Positions 1-12,742 are shown, counted from the stretch's first letter. The stretch is 64,000 nt of DNA from Paraspadella gotoi (GCA_051294375.1 CM119263.1:1456981-1520980); one strand, 5' to 3'. The notes: generated by a model not told the origin, from the sequence alone. Made by a program: numbers and translations.

Positions 1-330
1 TAAAAAAGAAAAAGGGAAAGAAAGAAAAAAGAGAAAGAAAGGTAAAAGAGAAAGAAAGAAAAAAGGGAAAGAAAGGAAAAAGATAAAGAAAGGAAAAAGA
101 GAAAGAAAGGAAAAAGAAAAAGAAAGGAAGAAGTGAAATAAAGGAAAAATGGAAAGAAAGGAAAAAAGGAAAGAAAGGAAAAAGGGAAATAAAAGAAAAA
201 GGGAAAGAAAGAAAAATGAGAAAGAAATAAAAATAAGGAAAAACAAAGGAAGGTTGGAAACAAAGGAGGAAAAGGAATAAGGAAAAAAATTAAAAAAGTA
301 CATGAAAAAAATATAATAAAAATAAAGAGA
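1..330. repeat. Purine-rich low-complexity (GAAA/GGAAAAA)n tract
   Basis: Almost exclusively A/G degenerate short units. Confidence 0.9.
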
Positions 331-419
331 AATTAAATGGAAATTTGTAGAATTTGTATATTTTGACGTGTTTTTCCTTGTGATCAATTGACTACATGAT
401 ATGACATGACTATACTAAC

Positions 420-648
420 TTTCTTATCCCGTGCTTTTGTGACACGCACTGCATCGGAATTCTGTCTTTTATTCTTTATATTTTCGGATTTTCCGAAGGT
501 GGCGCTAGCAGTCACTTAGATTTGAGGATTTTTCCTTGGAGTTATTTATAAGTTATTTTTAACGTAAGTGGGACAGACCGACAGACCGACCGAAAGGTGA
601 CCGACCGACCGAAAGGTGCTTCGCGAGTTCTCGCGACGAGACTAAAAA
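420..648 (-). mobile_element. Non-autonomous Helentron/DINE-1-like (HINE) element, family B
   Basis: Minus strand begins TTTTTAGTCTCGTCGCGAGAACTCGCG (hairpin), then (GTCG/GTCT)n microsatellite; the body is the reverse complement of 4140-4325. Confidence 0.6.
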
Positions 649-984
649 TGGAAAAGAACAATTATGAATGGAGGAGAGGAAAAAAAGAGAGAAAGGAGAG
701 AAATGATTCTGGTGTTCGGACTTTTTTAAAATTCAGAGAAGCTGGATGAATGACGTTAAAAAATGTCAAACAAAAGATTTAAAAAAAGGAGAAAATGAAC
801 CGAAAAAGGGAAAAAAAACCCCAACATTTCGTGAAAACAGTCAGAGCGGAATAGATAATTTTGCTTGGCAATGATTGGTAATGCTTGGCAATGATTGGTA
901 ATTAAAAAAAACTCACAAACCGAAGGTTGGCTCAAATTGTTAAATTTCGCTTCTATCATTACCTCTTTGAACCCTCTTTGAACC

Positions 985-1803
985 GTGATGGAGGACGATT
1001 CGATCTCCTCCAAACTATGATTCGCTTATAAGAGCAGTGGTGGAACGCCCCACACCACCACAACCGCACAATGACTCCCCTATCCCTACTCAACGGGTAA
1101 GGCGGCAGACCCTCGGTTAAACGATGGGCACCTGACACCTCCGAATCTCCAGCAGCAACTCCAGCCTCTTTCTCTGAGGTCTGGGCGTCGCCCCAAACGA
1201 CGGCTACAGGAAGATGAAGAGGATTCCACCATCCCAGTCACTAAAGTGGCAAGAGTGGATACCCGCCCACCTCACCGTCAGGTGAGAAGAGGGCCGCCGC
1301 GCAGGCGCATCAGGCCAGAGGGATATAAGGGTGGCCTTGGGTTTGTTTCCTCAGGGAGCAATACCTGACCCAGCCAACACGAGATCAATCCCATTATCCT
1401 CTCAACCCATGACGCGCCAATGACCGGCCCCGTCAGCAATACCTCTCCTTCATAAGACCGGGGGGGGCCCAGCTCATTTTGAGCTCTTTCTTAATTCTTA
1501 TATTTCTCTACAATCTTTACTTATCTACTCTCTCTAAATCTCAATTTTTTCAATTTCAATTTTCAACTTTTCAATTTCAAAAATTAATTTATTTCAATTT
1601 GTTTATTAAACAGTTTCCATTATCTTTATCTATGTTGTACATTGCTCAAATGTAATTATTTATTTATTTGTCTCTCTCTCTCTCCTCTGTCTCTCTCACC
1701 AATTTTCACTTCTTTTCAAAACTTATTCAAACTAGCCACTTCCAAAAATCTGTCCTCACCACTGATCACTGTCCTTACTCAATTCTTTGTTGGAAACCTT
1801 TAA

Positions 1804-1875
<72 letters not shown>

Positions 1876-2000
1876 TCCTTACTTTAACTAAAAACTTGTA
1901 TCAAAGTTCATAACTCATGTGCGCTGATGAAGGCTCGTATTGTGAGCCGAAACATATGTCTGCTCTTTCAAAATAAAATTCGTTGCAAAATAAAATCAAA
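985..2000 (+). mobile_element. Probable Penelope-like/hammerhead-bearing retroelement remnant
   Basis: GC-rich broken ORF-like segment (about 1005-1370), pyrimidine-rich tract, then hammerhead motif and AATAAA (1972-1977); no RT or GIY-YIG motif visible. Confidence 0.4.
1919..1965 (+). ncRNA. Minimal type I hammerhead ribozyme (Penelope-type)
   Basis: CTGATGA(A)-GGCTC-gtattgt-GAGCC-GAA-ACATATGT-C: conserved core, 5-bp stem II, palindromic stem III, GUC cleavage triplet; weak stem I (GTGCG/TGCTC). Confidence 0.75.
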
Positions 2001-2821
2001 CTTTGTTAATCTATCATTAATTACAAATTAGTTTCAATTTTAGAGATAAGATATTAAGATATTAAGAAATATAGTTGAAACTCAGCAGTTGACGATCTCG
2101 TTGAGCAGGTTTTTTTTATTTGATTCAACATAAAAAAATCAAAATCCGGTTTGCGAGACGAAAAAATGTCACTTTTAATTTATGTCTAAGCGTATATTTT
2201 GCAGTTTTCTTGTATAAAAAACGCTAAAAATCTTACTTTGCTAGCATGCTACAATGCCATTCTCATAGTAAATTGATTCATACAGTAATTCAATATTCAA
2301 ACCCCTTTTTTTACAATAAATGGTATTAAAAATCGAAGGTCGGACTTAAAAACGTGAGGGAATTTTTGAACAAAACGTGACCCGCTAATTGATGAGGTTT
2401 CTCTTCTCCATTTTCGTCGTAATTTCAGTTTTATGATAAATTTTGTGGGAGACAGAACCGGTTTAAGAATAACATTTACCCTCAGTTCTGGCTTCTGAGG
2501 TAATTCATTTATTAGAAAAAACTCTCAATCCTAACAAGCTATTCCTTTTAGTTTTATTCATTTCATGAAGGGAAAAAATCAATAAATAAAGTAATAATTA
2601 TAATTCACCAAAAACGAGAGTTTAACAAACTTGATTTGTAGCATCATTAAAAAAAACCGGATTTTATTTTTTTGATAAGTGACTAACGAATTTTAAAATT
2701 TTAATATTCTCTCCTCTAACTCATGTGCAAATCCGAGGTTTAATATAGAATGTCATAAAAAATAATCATCATAACAAATAAAACGAATAACAAAATAACT
2801 GAAACGAAACAAAAAAAGAAA

Positions 2822-3772
2822 ATGTTGACTGAAATGGTGGCGACTCTGCCTCTGCTGATGCTGATGGCCATCAACTGGAGCTTCTTCTACTTTTTCCTCG
2901 CGTTGGTGGAGCGCCTACGCGATTTCAGCGTCGTCGTGCTTCTCGTCGTTCTGGCCGTCGCTTCGCTCGTCACCGCCATCCCGGCCGTCGCTCATTTCCG
3001 GCTTAGTCCGTTTGGCGGCGCCAAGGTCACGCCCATTCTGCGTCTCGGCCTTTTAACGGCGCCGGTGATAGAGATTGTCGCTCGAGTCGTCACCTTCTAT
3101 TGCGTTCGACGCCTTCCCGCAGGCGACGCCGTTACGCTCATCAATCTCTGCATCGTGTGGACGTCTCTCTCCTGTTCGGCATTGCGGCGTCGTTGGCCGT
3201 CGAAAGTCGCCGCCATCGCCGTCGCCCTCGTCCTCTTCGGCGCCGTTTTGATCAAGAAACCGGCGTTCATTTTTGACGCCGGCGTCGTTGACGAAGCCGA
3301 ATTTCCTCAGCGTAACATTTACTTTTTTTTGGCGCTCGTCGATTCCTTCCTTAACGCGGCGTGGATCATGCTCTACAACGGCCTCCAAAAAGCCGGCGCT
3401 CACTTCAGCGTCTTTCTTTTCAACTACTCTGCTCTACTGCTGACGACGGCTGCCGCTGCTGTCGGCGTCGCGAGCGGCGACGTCGTCGTCTTCTTTTCCG
3501 GCGTTGCATGGACGCCGATTTTGGGCGTGGCCCTCGTCGGCGTCTACGACTTTCTCTCGCGCCTCTGCGCCATCCTTGCGTTGGAAAGAGTGGAGGGCGA
3601 CGTGGCGGCGATGTTTACTGCGCTGGAGATTCCTATCACTTACGCGTTGGCCTACTTCTTCTTGGGCCAAACTCCGGATTGGTTGGGCTGTTTGGGCGCC
3701 GCCATGATCTTCGCCGCTTTGACGATAGTCACGGTCAATGACGCAATCGATAGCGGATCTTTGAAATTGTGA
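2822..3772 (+). CDS. Intronless DMT/EamA-superfamily transporter, SLC35G-like (316 aa)
   Basis: About 10 hydrophobic helices in two EamA-like halves; LPAGDAVTL and ALE..GDVAAMFTALEIP..YFFLGQTPDWLGCLGAAMI resemble SLC35G motifs; GC-rich island in AT-rich flanks. Confidence 0.8.
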   Translation: MLTEMVATLPLLMLMAINWSFFYFFLALVERLRDFSVVVLLVVLAVASLVTAIPAVAHFRLSPFGGAKVTPILRLGLLTAPVIEIVARVVTFYCVRRLPAGDAVTLINLCIVWTSLSCSALRRRWPSKVAAIAVALVLFGAVLIKKPAFIFDAGVVDEAEFPQRNIYFFLALVDSFLNAAWIMLYNGLQKAGAHFSVFLFNYSALLLTTAAAAVGVASGDVVVFFSGVAWTPILGVALVGVYDFLSRLCAILALERVEGDVAAMFTALEIPITYALAYFFLGQTPDWLGCLGAAMIFAALTIVTVNDAIDSGSLKL

Positions 3773-4060
3773 AGAAAAAATACTTAATGTGACTTTTCAA
3801 TTGTGATGTTTATATTTTAAATTGATCGAATTAACAATATAAGTAAGGTATTTGACCCAATGCCCAAAATTCTTTTTTTTAAAAATCAATACTCGTTATT
3901 TTATACAAGCGAAACTATTTTAACCTGAATTTAACGACCCATATAAGTATGGGGCAAGGCAATCTCTCAGAGGGGACCAGTCACTGGCAGCGGTGACTGG
4001 TCGTGGTTGCACCCAATTCGCTCCGCCACTTAAATGTATAAAGTTTACAAATCCTTTTCA

Positions 4061-4325
4061 GTTTAGCCGCGAGTACTCGTGGAGCAACTCTATAAGGCAC
4101 TTTTCGGTCGGTCGGTCGGTCCGTCGGTCGGTATGTCTGTCCGTCGGTCTGTCCCACTTACGTTAAAAATGCATATAATTTCCATATAGCTGGTTGTTAT
4201 TTTGTTAAGACAGAAAAAACCTCAAAACTAAGGGACTGCAAGTGCCGCATTCAGAAAATCCTAAAACTAAAATATAACAAAAGACAGAATTTTGATGCAG
4301 TGCATGTTATAAATACACAAATAAA
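4061..4325 (+). mobile_element. HINE-like element, family B
   Basis: TTTAGCCGCGAGTACTCGTGG hairpin, CTCTATAA, (GTCG/GTCC)n, body homologous to 420-600 in the opposite orientation. Confidence 0.6.
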
Positions 4326-4898
4326 GATGAACGAGAACTGTCGACCTTCTGACATCGGAAAAAAGTGGTAAGAATGGTGGTATTCCCAATGGGCGCGTTC
4401 ACAAAAGCATATGCTGCCTTCTCTGAACACTTGTAAAAGGTCATGGCTGCCGAAGATGAATCTTTTTAATAGAAATCTGTTGTCAATACAATTCTATACA
4501 TGTGTACCAATATTCATATCATAATTCGTTTATTTACCCATCCAAACGGTACAAATTGGTATTTTTCTCATCATTCGAATGCTTTCTTTTTACATTTGAA
4601 TGTAATGAACGAAACGTATCGGCATTACTAATTATCTCTTATTATAAAAATATCCAAAAGTACTTTTCCGCGCATAAATGACATGAACTATACCATTTTT
4701 TCTCCTAAATTAACCTCACAATGATAAAAATTTAAGAGAAGAGAGTCAGGCTTTCTTTCTTAGATTTTCCAAGTGCAAACGAGTTTGATGTCATTTCGTC
4801 CTTTCGGTCGTTGATTCCATTTCTCTCTTTTTTTTCTTTCTTTCTTCTTTCTTTTTTAATTGAGTCTCAAAATTTGAGCTCCGATTTCCCAGTGAATT

Positions 4899-5827
4899 TT
4901 TTCTAGCCGGATCTGCTGACAGCAGATCTCGGCTCTATAATTCACTTTGTCGGTCTGTCGGTCCCACCCCAAAAGCTTGTTGGTATAAGACTTTGTTCAT
5001 GTCAGAACATTAAATCATGCAAAAAAAAACGATGTCCGTCCGTCCGACTGTCCGTGTCTGTCTGTTTGTCTGTTTGTCTGTCCGTCCCACCTTAGCTTTG
5101 AACGCCAATTACTAATGAGTGGGTTTAATTGAGCTGGAAATTAAGTTTTGATGAATTCGTTCGAGTGGAAATTAAATGGAAAAAACAAAAAAATATATTT
5201 CACTATTGGAACGCCTATTACTCAAACAAAAAACCTGTTTCACTAATTGATTATGCTTTTTTTTCTTTCCATATTAAATATAAATGCAAGATGTTTTAAA
5301 TAAACAAATATTTAATAAGTTAATTAATCAATTAGTCAATTAATTAATCAGTCCTTTATTAATTATTATCAATTATTAATTATACAAATATTCAATTTAT
5401 TTTTTTATTAATTAATTATTCAATTAATCAATTTAATTATCTTTTAATTAATTATTCAATCAATCAATCAAGTCAATCTTTATCGGCATTATTGTCATCG
5501 TCGCCATCATCGTCGTCGTTGCTTTCGTCGTGGTCAGGGACAAAAAGACCTAAAAACAATCATATTGAATCAAATTAATTAATTAATTAATTGATTAATT
5601 AATTAGGTTAATTAATCAATTAATTAACTTGAATTAATTAACTTGAATTAATTAACTTGAATTAATTAATTTGATTCAATATGTTTGTTTTTAGGTCTTT
5701 TTGTCCCTGACCACGACAAAAGCAACGACGACGATGACAATAATGCCGATATAGATTGACTAATTAATTAATTAATTACCACTATTGATCGTGGGCAGAT
5801 TCGGCATTGTTTGCTGAAACTTGTTTG
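4899..5827 (+). mobile_element. HINE-like element, family A, with expanded AT-rich/foldback interior
   Basis: 5' CGGATCTGCT-gac-AGCAGATCTCG hairpin + CTCTATAATTCACTTTGTCGGTC, (GTCY)n, 3' GCAGATTCGGCATTGTTTGCTGAAACTTGTT; the 5' end recurs at about 25870-25925 (-) and both ends recur at 42444-42630. Confidence 0.65.
5471..5762. repeat. Long inverted repeat (about 100-115 bp arms, TTAA-rich spacer)
   Basis: 5471-5585 is the near-perfect reverse complement of 5661-5762. Confidence 0.9.
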
Positions 5828-6545
5828 TCACTAATCCTGGGCTCTGAATGGGTCTCTAATTGTGCCTTAGTTGATGTTTTTAATAAAGTTGAAAGTTAAA
5901 TCAGGTTTTTATAATCATTAATTATAAAGAAATTTATATTTAAATCCCAAAATTTTATAATCTTCAAATTTAAAAGCGAGAGACTAAATCATAGCTGTGT
6001 GAAAAAAAATATTAGTTGAGGAAGATAAAATATTATTCAAATGTTATCAACACAACAAAACAAAACAAATCAAAACAAAACGAAATGAATTCAGACTAAA
6101 AATTTCGGGGTTTTTTTTGGGGGGGGAGTAGGGGACCGGAAGAATGATTAATTTTTTTCCTTCGTCGTAAAAACAGTCGAAATTTTCTCGATATTTTGTC
6201 GTCGGTTTTAAGAAATTCACTCGATTTTAATTAATTCCCCAGAATTTGGATGAAAAAATAGAATTTTTATCCTGAAAGGAGCGATAGGGTTTCTTTTGCT
6301 TGCTATACCAATGTTCGCTGCCCTCACTCTATAGAACACCCCTTGGGCCTCAGTGATGACACAGCAGTAACTCTAATTGACACAATGCCACAGCTTTGAT
6401 TCCCATCATTATTCTTTGAATACACGACATCTGAAAAATCAATGTTTTGAATTTTTTTGGCGTTCAAAATGATTTACATATTGAAGAAAAGTTTATTTAA
6501 TTATCGTTACTTATTTAATTTAAGGTTTTACTATATGCAAATAAT

Positions 6546-6640
6546 GCATCTCGTGGCGCGGGACGCATCTAGTGGCGCGGGGCGCATCTAGTGGCGCGGG
6601 GCGCATCTCGTGGCGCGGGGCGCATCTAGTGGCGCGGGGG
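6546..6640. repeat. 19-bp GC-rich tandem repeat x5 (GCATCTAGTGGCGCGGGGC)
   Basis: Direct inspection. Confidence 0.9.
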
Positions 6641-6809
6641 AGACGCTAACTTTGGACACGCGCCTCGTTTTGGCAATTTTTACGGAGGCGTTAATGTCGA
6701 GTCTGAAGATTTACTCACGTCGTAATATCGAAGAGAAGAAACGTGAAGACTGAAATGAAGACAGAGAATATGAGATGGCGCCGTTCATGCCGTGGGGGTG
6801 AGGGGGAGT

Positions 6810-6877
<68 letters not shown>

Positions 6878-7463
6878 AATAGTGTACTGCCAAGTTATAA
6901 TGAGAATTTTATTTTATATCAAGAACGATACAGTAGATTACATCAGCAACAAAATAAACCAAACAATATAAATTGGGAGGTTAACGTGAAGGAAACCTAA
7001 TATACGATATCGTCTATATATATTTTCATAGAAATGAGACAAAACTTTATTTTTCGTCAAAGTTAATCGTTTCATGAATCGTTCATGACTTATTTAAAAA
7101 AAATTATAATAATTAGTTAAGACTTTAGTAATTCTACTCGACCTTTTACCGTTTCGATGATGATTCATCCCATCAGAAAATCCTCAGTAGATTTCATCCG
7201 AAGCGATTACATCCGATTCAATCCGATTCCATCCCAGATGTTCCCATGAGCTAAAAATTTTCCATCACAATCAAACCTGGTAAAAAAAGTCGCATTCAAA
7301 TAAGAAAAAAATGAGAAAAGTGAGAAAAAGAGAGAAAAATGAAAAATATTCGCTCGGGGTTACGGGTTGCATAAACAAACATTTATTTATAGACGCGGGT
7401 CAAAAGTATAAAACGGGGAGAGGAGACTCAACATATTCCGTTCACAAGGCGTCTTGGTATAAA

Positions 7464-7529
<66 letters not shown>

Positions 7530-7809
7530 CATAGATAATTTGTTTAATTACTGTCTCAGAAAATGAATTTAAACCTGACAATATTCAACCGACAATCTTT
7601 AAAAATATATACTAAAACCTCAATTCGTTTGAGAGAAAACGAGAAAAAGGAAGAATAAATTGAGAAATAAGATTTAAGTAGAAGTGTAATTTAAAGTCGC
7701 TGGTGATCCAAAGAATCCAACCCCGTCGTCAACGTCTCCAGACTCCGCAGCGGATCGCCGAAATGTGTCTTTAGGAATTGGAGATCAAATCTGAAAACTG
7801 ATACAAAAA

Positions 7810-8325
7810 TTAAAAAAAGAAAGAAAGAAAGAAAGAAGAACAAAAGAGATAATGAAAAGAAAAAGAAAGAAAAAGAAAGGAAAAAATAGAAAAAGAAAGT
7901 AAAAGAAAAGAAAGTAAGAGAAAAAAGAAAAGAAAAGAAAAAAAAAAGAAGAGAAAGAAAAGAAAAAGAAAACAAAGAAAAGAAAAAGAAAGAAAAAGAA
8001 AGGAAAGAAAAGAAAAAGAAAGTAAAATCAAGAAAGAAAAGAAAAAGAAAGTAAAAGAAAGAAAGAAAAGAAAATAAAAAAAGAAGAGAAAGAAAAGAAA
8101 AAGAAAACAAAGAAAACAAAAACAAAGAAAAAAAACAAAGAAAAGAGAAAGAAAAGAAAAAGAAAACAAAGAAAAGAAAAAGAGAGAAAAAGAAAGAAAA
8201 AGAAAACAAAGAAAACAAAACAAAACAAAGAAAAGAAAAAGTGAGAAAAAGAAAGAAAAAGAAAATAAAGAAAAGAAAAAGAAAACAAAGAAAAGAAAAA
8301 GAAAGAAAAGGAAAGAAAAGGAAAG
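7810..8325. repeat. (AAAAG)n-type low-complexity tract
   Basis: Degenerate A/G repeats; source of spurious Phe-rich ORFs. Confidence 0.9.
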
Positions 8326-8810
8326 GTCGTTCTCTCTCATGTAATTTGATTCGATTTTCTTGTTTCTTGTTTCGTCGCTTCCACCGCTGCCACCACATTT
8401 TATCCTCGGGTCAATTGGCAGAAACACGCTGAATTTACGAGCAGGCAAGTTGTGCGTGAGAGAGGGGGAGAGAGACGGAAAGGAAAACGGGAGAGAGAGA
8501 GACAGAGATAGAGAGAGAGAGAGACAGTCGAACTCTATCCAATTTATGGTGAAAAAAAAAGAAAGAAGGGAATGTACTCAGATGTTTCACGACCAAAAAC
8601 AAAGAGGTATTCCATCAGCCAAATTTTACCCAGTTTTTGTTTTTAATAAAAAAAACCAGAGGACAACATTAAAAAACAAAACAAAACAAAACATAAAATT
8701 TATTTTCTGTTTCTGTTGTCGTCGTCGTCGTCGTCGTTGTTGTTTTTTGGTTCCACTCAGCTCGACTCGAAAGGAGGCGTGGCAGATCGCTCATCGGTGA
8801 ACCATGGCGA

Positions 8811-8858
<48 letters not shown>

Positions 8859-8885
8859 CTCTTCTCTCTCTTCTCTCTCTCTTTC

Positions 8886-8916
<31 letters not shown>

Positions 8917-9358
8917 CTCTTTCTCTCTCTCTATCTCTCTCTCTCTCTCTCTGTGTGTTTTTTGTTCTTATTATCGTCAAACAGAGATGACATTTTTTAT
9001 TAAATCGCCCTTGACATTATTTTCAATTTTTTCGTCATCTTTAAAGAGCATCTGGAAGTGACTGCCCCCCCCCTCGTTGCTTTTCCAGTGATAAAACGAA
9101 CGATGGATCAAAGCCAAAGAGAGAGAAGCTTCATCAGCCGCCATTTAAGAGAAAGTCTGACATTAATGTCGCCTTAACTTAAATTAATTTCTCTTTTACA
9201 TAAACGCCAATAGGATTTATAGACTCTTAGAAAAAGAGGGGAAAAAGGAGAGAGGGTAGGAGAGAGAGAGGGAAAGAGGAGGGGGCATAAGAGAGATAGA
9301 GAGAGAGAGGGAGAGAGAAGAGAGGAGAGAGAGAGGAGAGAGGAGAGAGGGAGAGAGA

Positions 9359-9412
<54 letters not shown>

Positions 9413-9701
9413 AGAGAGAGAGAGAGAGTTTGAAAAGTAAAAATTGAATTAGAAATTTTCTTTCGAAAAGAAAGAACAATTTTTATCAGGCAAGGCCAGG
9501 CGCAGTCATCCTCGTTTTTACACAAATGACGAGTTGACGAAAACAAAGAAAACATTTTTTTTTAACCTCAATCGCTGTTTTATCATATTCGCCGCCGCTC
9601 CGCCGCACCGCCGCCACTGTTGCTGTCGCCGCCGATCAACCGAGCTTTTTCGCTGTCATTAAACTGAGTCCTTGGATTGAGGCCAAACACACTGTAGCGA
9701 C

Positions 9702-10062
9702 ACCGGCGCTTCCGGCGCTTCCGGCGCTTCCGGCGCTTCCGGCGCTTCCGGTGTTTTACGTTTTTACCGTTGAAACCGACGCGTCTGGTCAGATTCTGTA
9801 CGACGTTTCCCAAATTCGCTGTGGACAATTTTTAGCTTCTCCATTTTTCGCCGTTTTCACACTCCCTTCACGAATTCCGGCTTTCAAAATTCCGGCTTTC
9901 GAAATTTCACCTTTCAAATTCCCGGCTTTAAAAGTTCAGTCTTTCAAAGTTCCGGCTTTCAAAGTTCCGGTTTTCAAAATTCCACTTTCAAAATTCCGGC
10001 TTTCAAAATACCGGTTTTCAAAATTCCGGCTTTCATAATTCCGCCTTTTGAAATTCCGGCGT
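9702..10062. repeat. 9-bp (CCGGCGCTT)x5 array and 15-bp (AAATTCCGGCTTTCA)x~12 array
   Basis: Direct inspection; both are built on a TTCCGG core. Confidence 0.85.
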
Positions 10063-10568
10063 GTTCAATTCGTCATAAAAAACCCAATTAGTTCTCATCC
10101 TTGAACGATTCGTTAAAATTTACTTTCCAAGTTTTTTTTCTTTTTTTCGCCGAATCTTTTGTTTGTCGTTTTCGGGAAATATTATCCACCTGCCGGACAC
10201 AAAAACCACATTTAAGACCAGCCCCATCTACGGATTCAAGAATCTTTAACAAACGTCGGTAGACGTCAGCATAACCAACCCTCCCCCGCCCACCCTCCTT
10301 CAGACCTTCCATTTCTCAGAAATCAGTCCCTATGGTGCCAAGCGAGAGAAAGAAATAGCTGCGACCGAAGCCAACCGTTGATTAATGGCAAGACCATTGC
10401 AAACCCCTCGGGCGATTGCATCTTTTACAAAGAAAAAGAGAATACACTTTGGATCACACGGTTTCTGCCATCAGGGCGAGTAGAGGGGAGACACTTTGCT
10501 TTTCCACATCCGAAGTTCCCACGGATCGTGCCCCGATTTTATTGTTTATAATGGAAGAGACACTGTGT

Positions 10569-10735
10569 TTGGCTGTACATGACTAAGGTTGGCTGCGTTT
10601 GACTAAGGTGGGCTGTGCTTGACTGGATTCGGCTGTAGTTGACTATTAGTTTCTCTGACTGACTTTTTTTCTGACTGACTGATTTACTGACTGACTGACT
10701 GATTGACTGACTGATTGACTGACTGACTGACTGAC
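10569..10735. repeat. 20-bp degenerate tandem repeat x4 followed by (GACT)n
   Basis: ttggctgtacatgactaagg-like units, then gactgact. Confidence 0.8.
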
Positions 10736-11059
10736 TCTCTTATCTTCCTCTTTCTTCTTCAGCTTAAGTTTCGAGAGAAAAAGAAGAAAAAATATTGGAT
10801 GAAGATTTTAAACAAGTTTGAGCAAACAATGTCGGATCTGTGGATAAGGCGCTACGTGGGCTGAAGATGACTGGTCCCGTAACTTCTATAACCCCCTCTA
10901 GCAGCCATGGAAGGGTTCCTTGGCTTGGAAAACCAGGCTTGAGGGTTTGCCATGCCCCCAAGGCGGCTTACGGCCGTCTCACGCTTCCCGAGAGTAGGTA
11001 CCGCTTGTGATTGGGATTTACACCAGTACCTAGTGGTCATGAGCTGATGGTTTACTTAA

Positions 11060-11410
11060 TATTATTTGAGTAATTAATACATCTTGCATTTACATTTATT
11101 ATAAAAAAAAAGCATAATCAATTAGTGAAACAGGTTTTTTTTTCCATTTAAACTCATTTCCACTCAGACGATTCCATCGAAACTTGATTTCCAGCTTAAT
11201 CACACACTTTCCTACCCACATACAAAATTTCAAGTCAATCGCCCGTCCACTTATGAGTAATTGGCGTTCAAATAGTGAAATAGATTTTTCGTTTTTTTCC
11301 ATTTAAACTTATTTCCACTCACACGATTCTATCGAAACTTCATATCCAACTCAATCACACATTTCATACCCACACACAAAATTTCATTCCAATCCATCCA
11401 TCTAATCACT
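11060..11410 (-). mobile_element. Internal fragment(s) of HINE family A
   Basis: AAAAGCATAATCAATTAGTGAAACAGGTTTTT is the reverse complement of about 5230-5265; internally duplicated block of about 165 bp. Confidence 0.55.
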
Positions 11411-12084
11411 TATCGCCTTAGTCCCTAACGTCAAAGAATTAAAGCGAATAATTGACAACTATTTTAAGAGCAAAAAAATGGATCGAGTTATTATTTCCTG
11501 CTAACCTAAGTATATGACCGATACTTATCAGAGATAAATATCAGAGATTTGTCATAGATTTGCCAGTGCGAAAACGAATAAACTTATCTTTTACGTGGAA
11601 TGACATTTAAGACTCGAAAAAAAATGACCAGGGGAAAAGCAAAGTTGGAACCCGAGTCAAACGCCTTAGATCTGGGAAACTAGAAATTCAAAAAACAAAA
11701 GACAAATAATTTTCGTAATCGACAGAAAGCAGCGATAAAACAGAAAGACCAGAAACGTCATTGATTTGTGGTCTTATCTCTATTTTTTCTTATCTAAAAA
11801 TTTTACCGCATTTCACAAAACGAATTGATCGATCGTTTTTGGTCCTGTGAACAAAGACATACGAATGAGGTTTTTTGGTTTGTTGAAACGAATCGAATCT
11901 AACAGAAATTTTTTTTTATACACAAATATAAATTCAAATCTTTCACCAACTCAAAAATTGACTCTATTTCCTCCATGACTACCGCGTGCGACGGACGAGA
12001 AAACAAAGCCATTCGGTTACGCGGACGAAAACAGCCGCCGCTGTTGACTCACCTCGCGCCTTACTTCATCCGCAGCGGAAACGC

Positions 12085-12138
<54 letters not shown>

Positions 12139-12578
12139 GTCTTCGGTTCTGTTAGCCTCTAGACCCACTTAAGGAGAACTGAAATTTGGTCCTTTTATTT
12201 TCTTCGCATGAAAATTTAAATTTTTTGTTTAATCTCGGAATTCAAAAAATAAAGCGGATCATATGTATATTTTAATTAAAACACAAAAACAAGAAACTGC
12301 AATTTCAATAAGTTGAACCGCATTAATATGTTATGTATATGCTTTTTCAAATCATTATATGACAATGAATAAATTATATAAAACATATATTGGTTGTACC
12401 AATATCATATATATAACTATATATATTCATATGATATTGATCAATAAACTGCTCAAGTATGAAACATACACATATTAAACATCTTAATATAAATGACCTT
12501 TCTACCGAGTACTAATTAAAATAATGGAGTATGAGCTGCATTGTAAATATTTGATAGATAAATAAGATAAAATAATTG

Positions 12579-12652
12579 ACAGACCGACCGACCGACCGAC
12601 CGACCAAAAAAGTTATTTTTCAGTCTCTCTTGTCCTCGCGGCGAAACTAAAA
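12579..12652 (-). mobile_element. 5' end of a HINE family B copy immediately upstream of the DUF229 gene
   Basis: Minus strand TTTTTAGTTTCGCCGCGAGG... then (GGTC)n. Confidence 0.45.
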
Positions 12653-12742
12653 ACGCCCATCTTAAACCCTAAGAAACTCGACTGTAAAAAGACATTTCCC
12701 TCTCTTTCCCGCACTTTCGATTCGCAGCGCCCTCCGTCGTCC

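Noticed and set aside
3053-3741. Overlapping or antisense ORFs within the SLC35G-like gene (likewise in SLC43 and the acyltransferase)
   Set aside because: Shadow ORFs of GC-rich coding sequence
420-4325. Oppositely oriented family B copies flanking SLC35G-like as a composite transposon
   Set aside because: The copies are diverged, face outward and share no TSD; the family is common in the window
7691-9555. Long Phe/Ser/Leu- or Arg/Glu-rich ORFs here and at other (AG)n, (AAT)n and (GAC)n tracts
   Set aside because: Translations of microsatellites that lack stop codons
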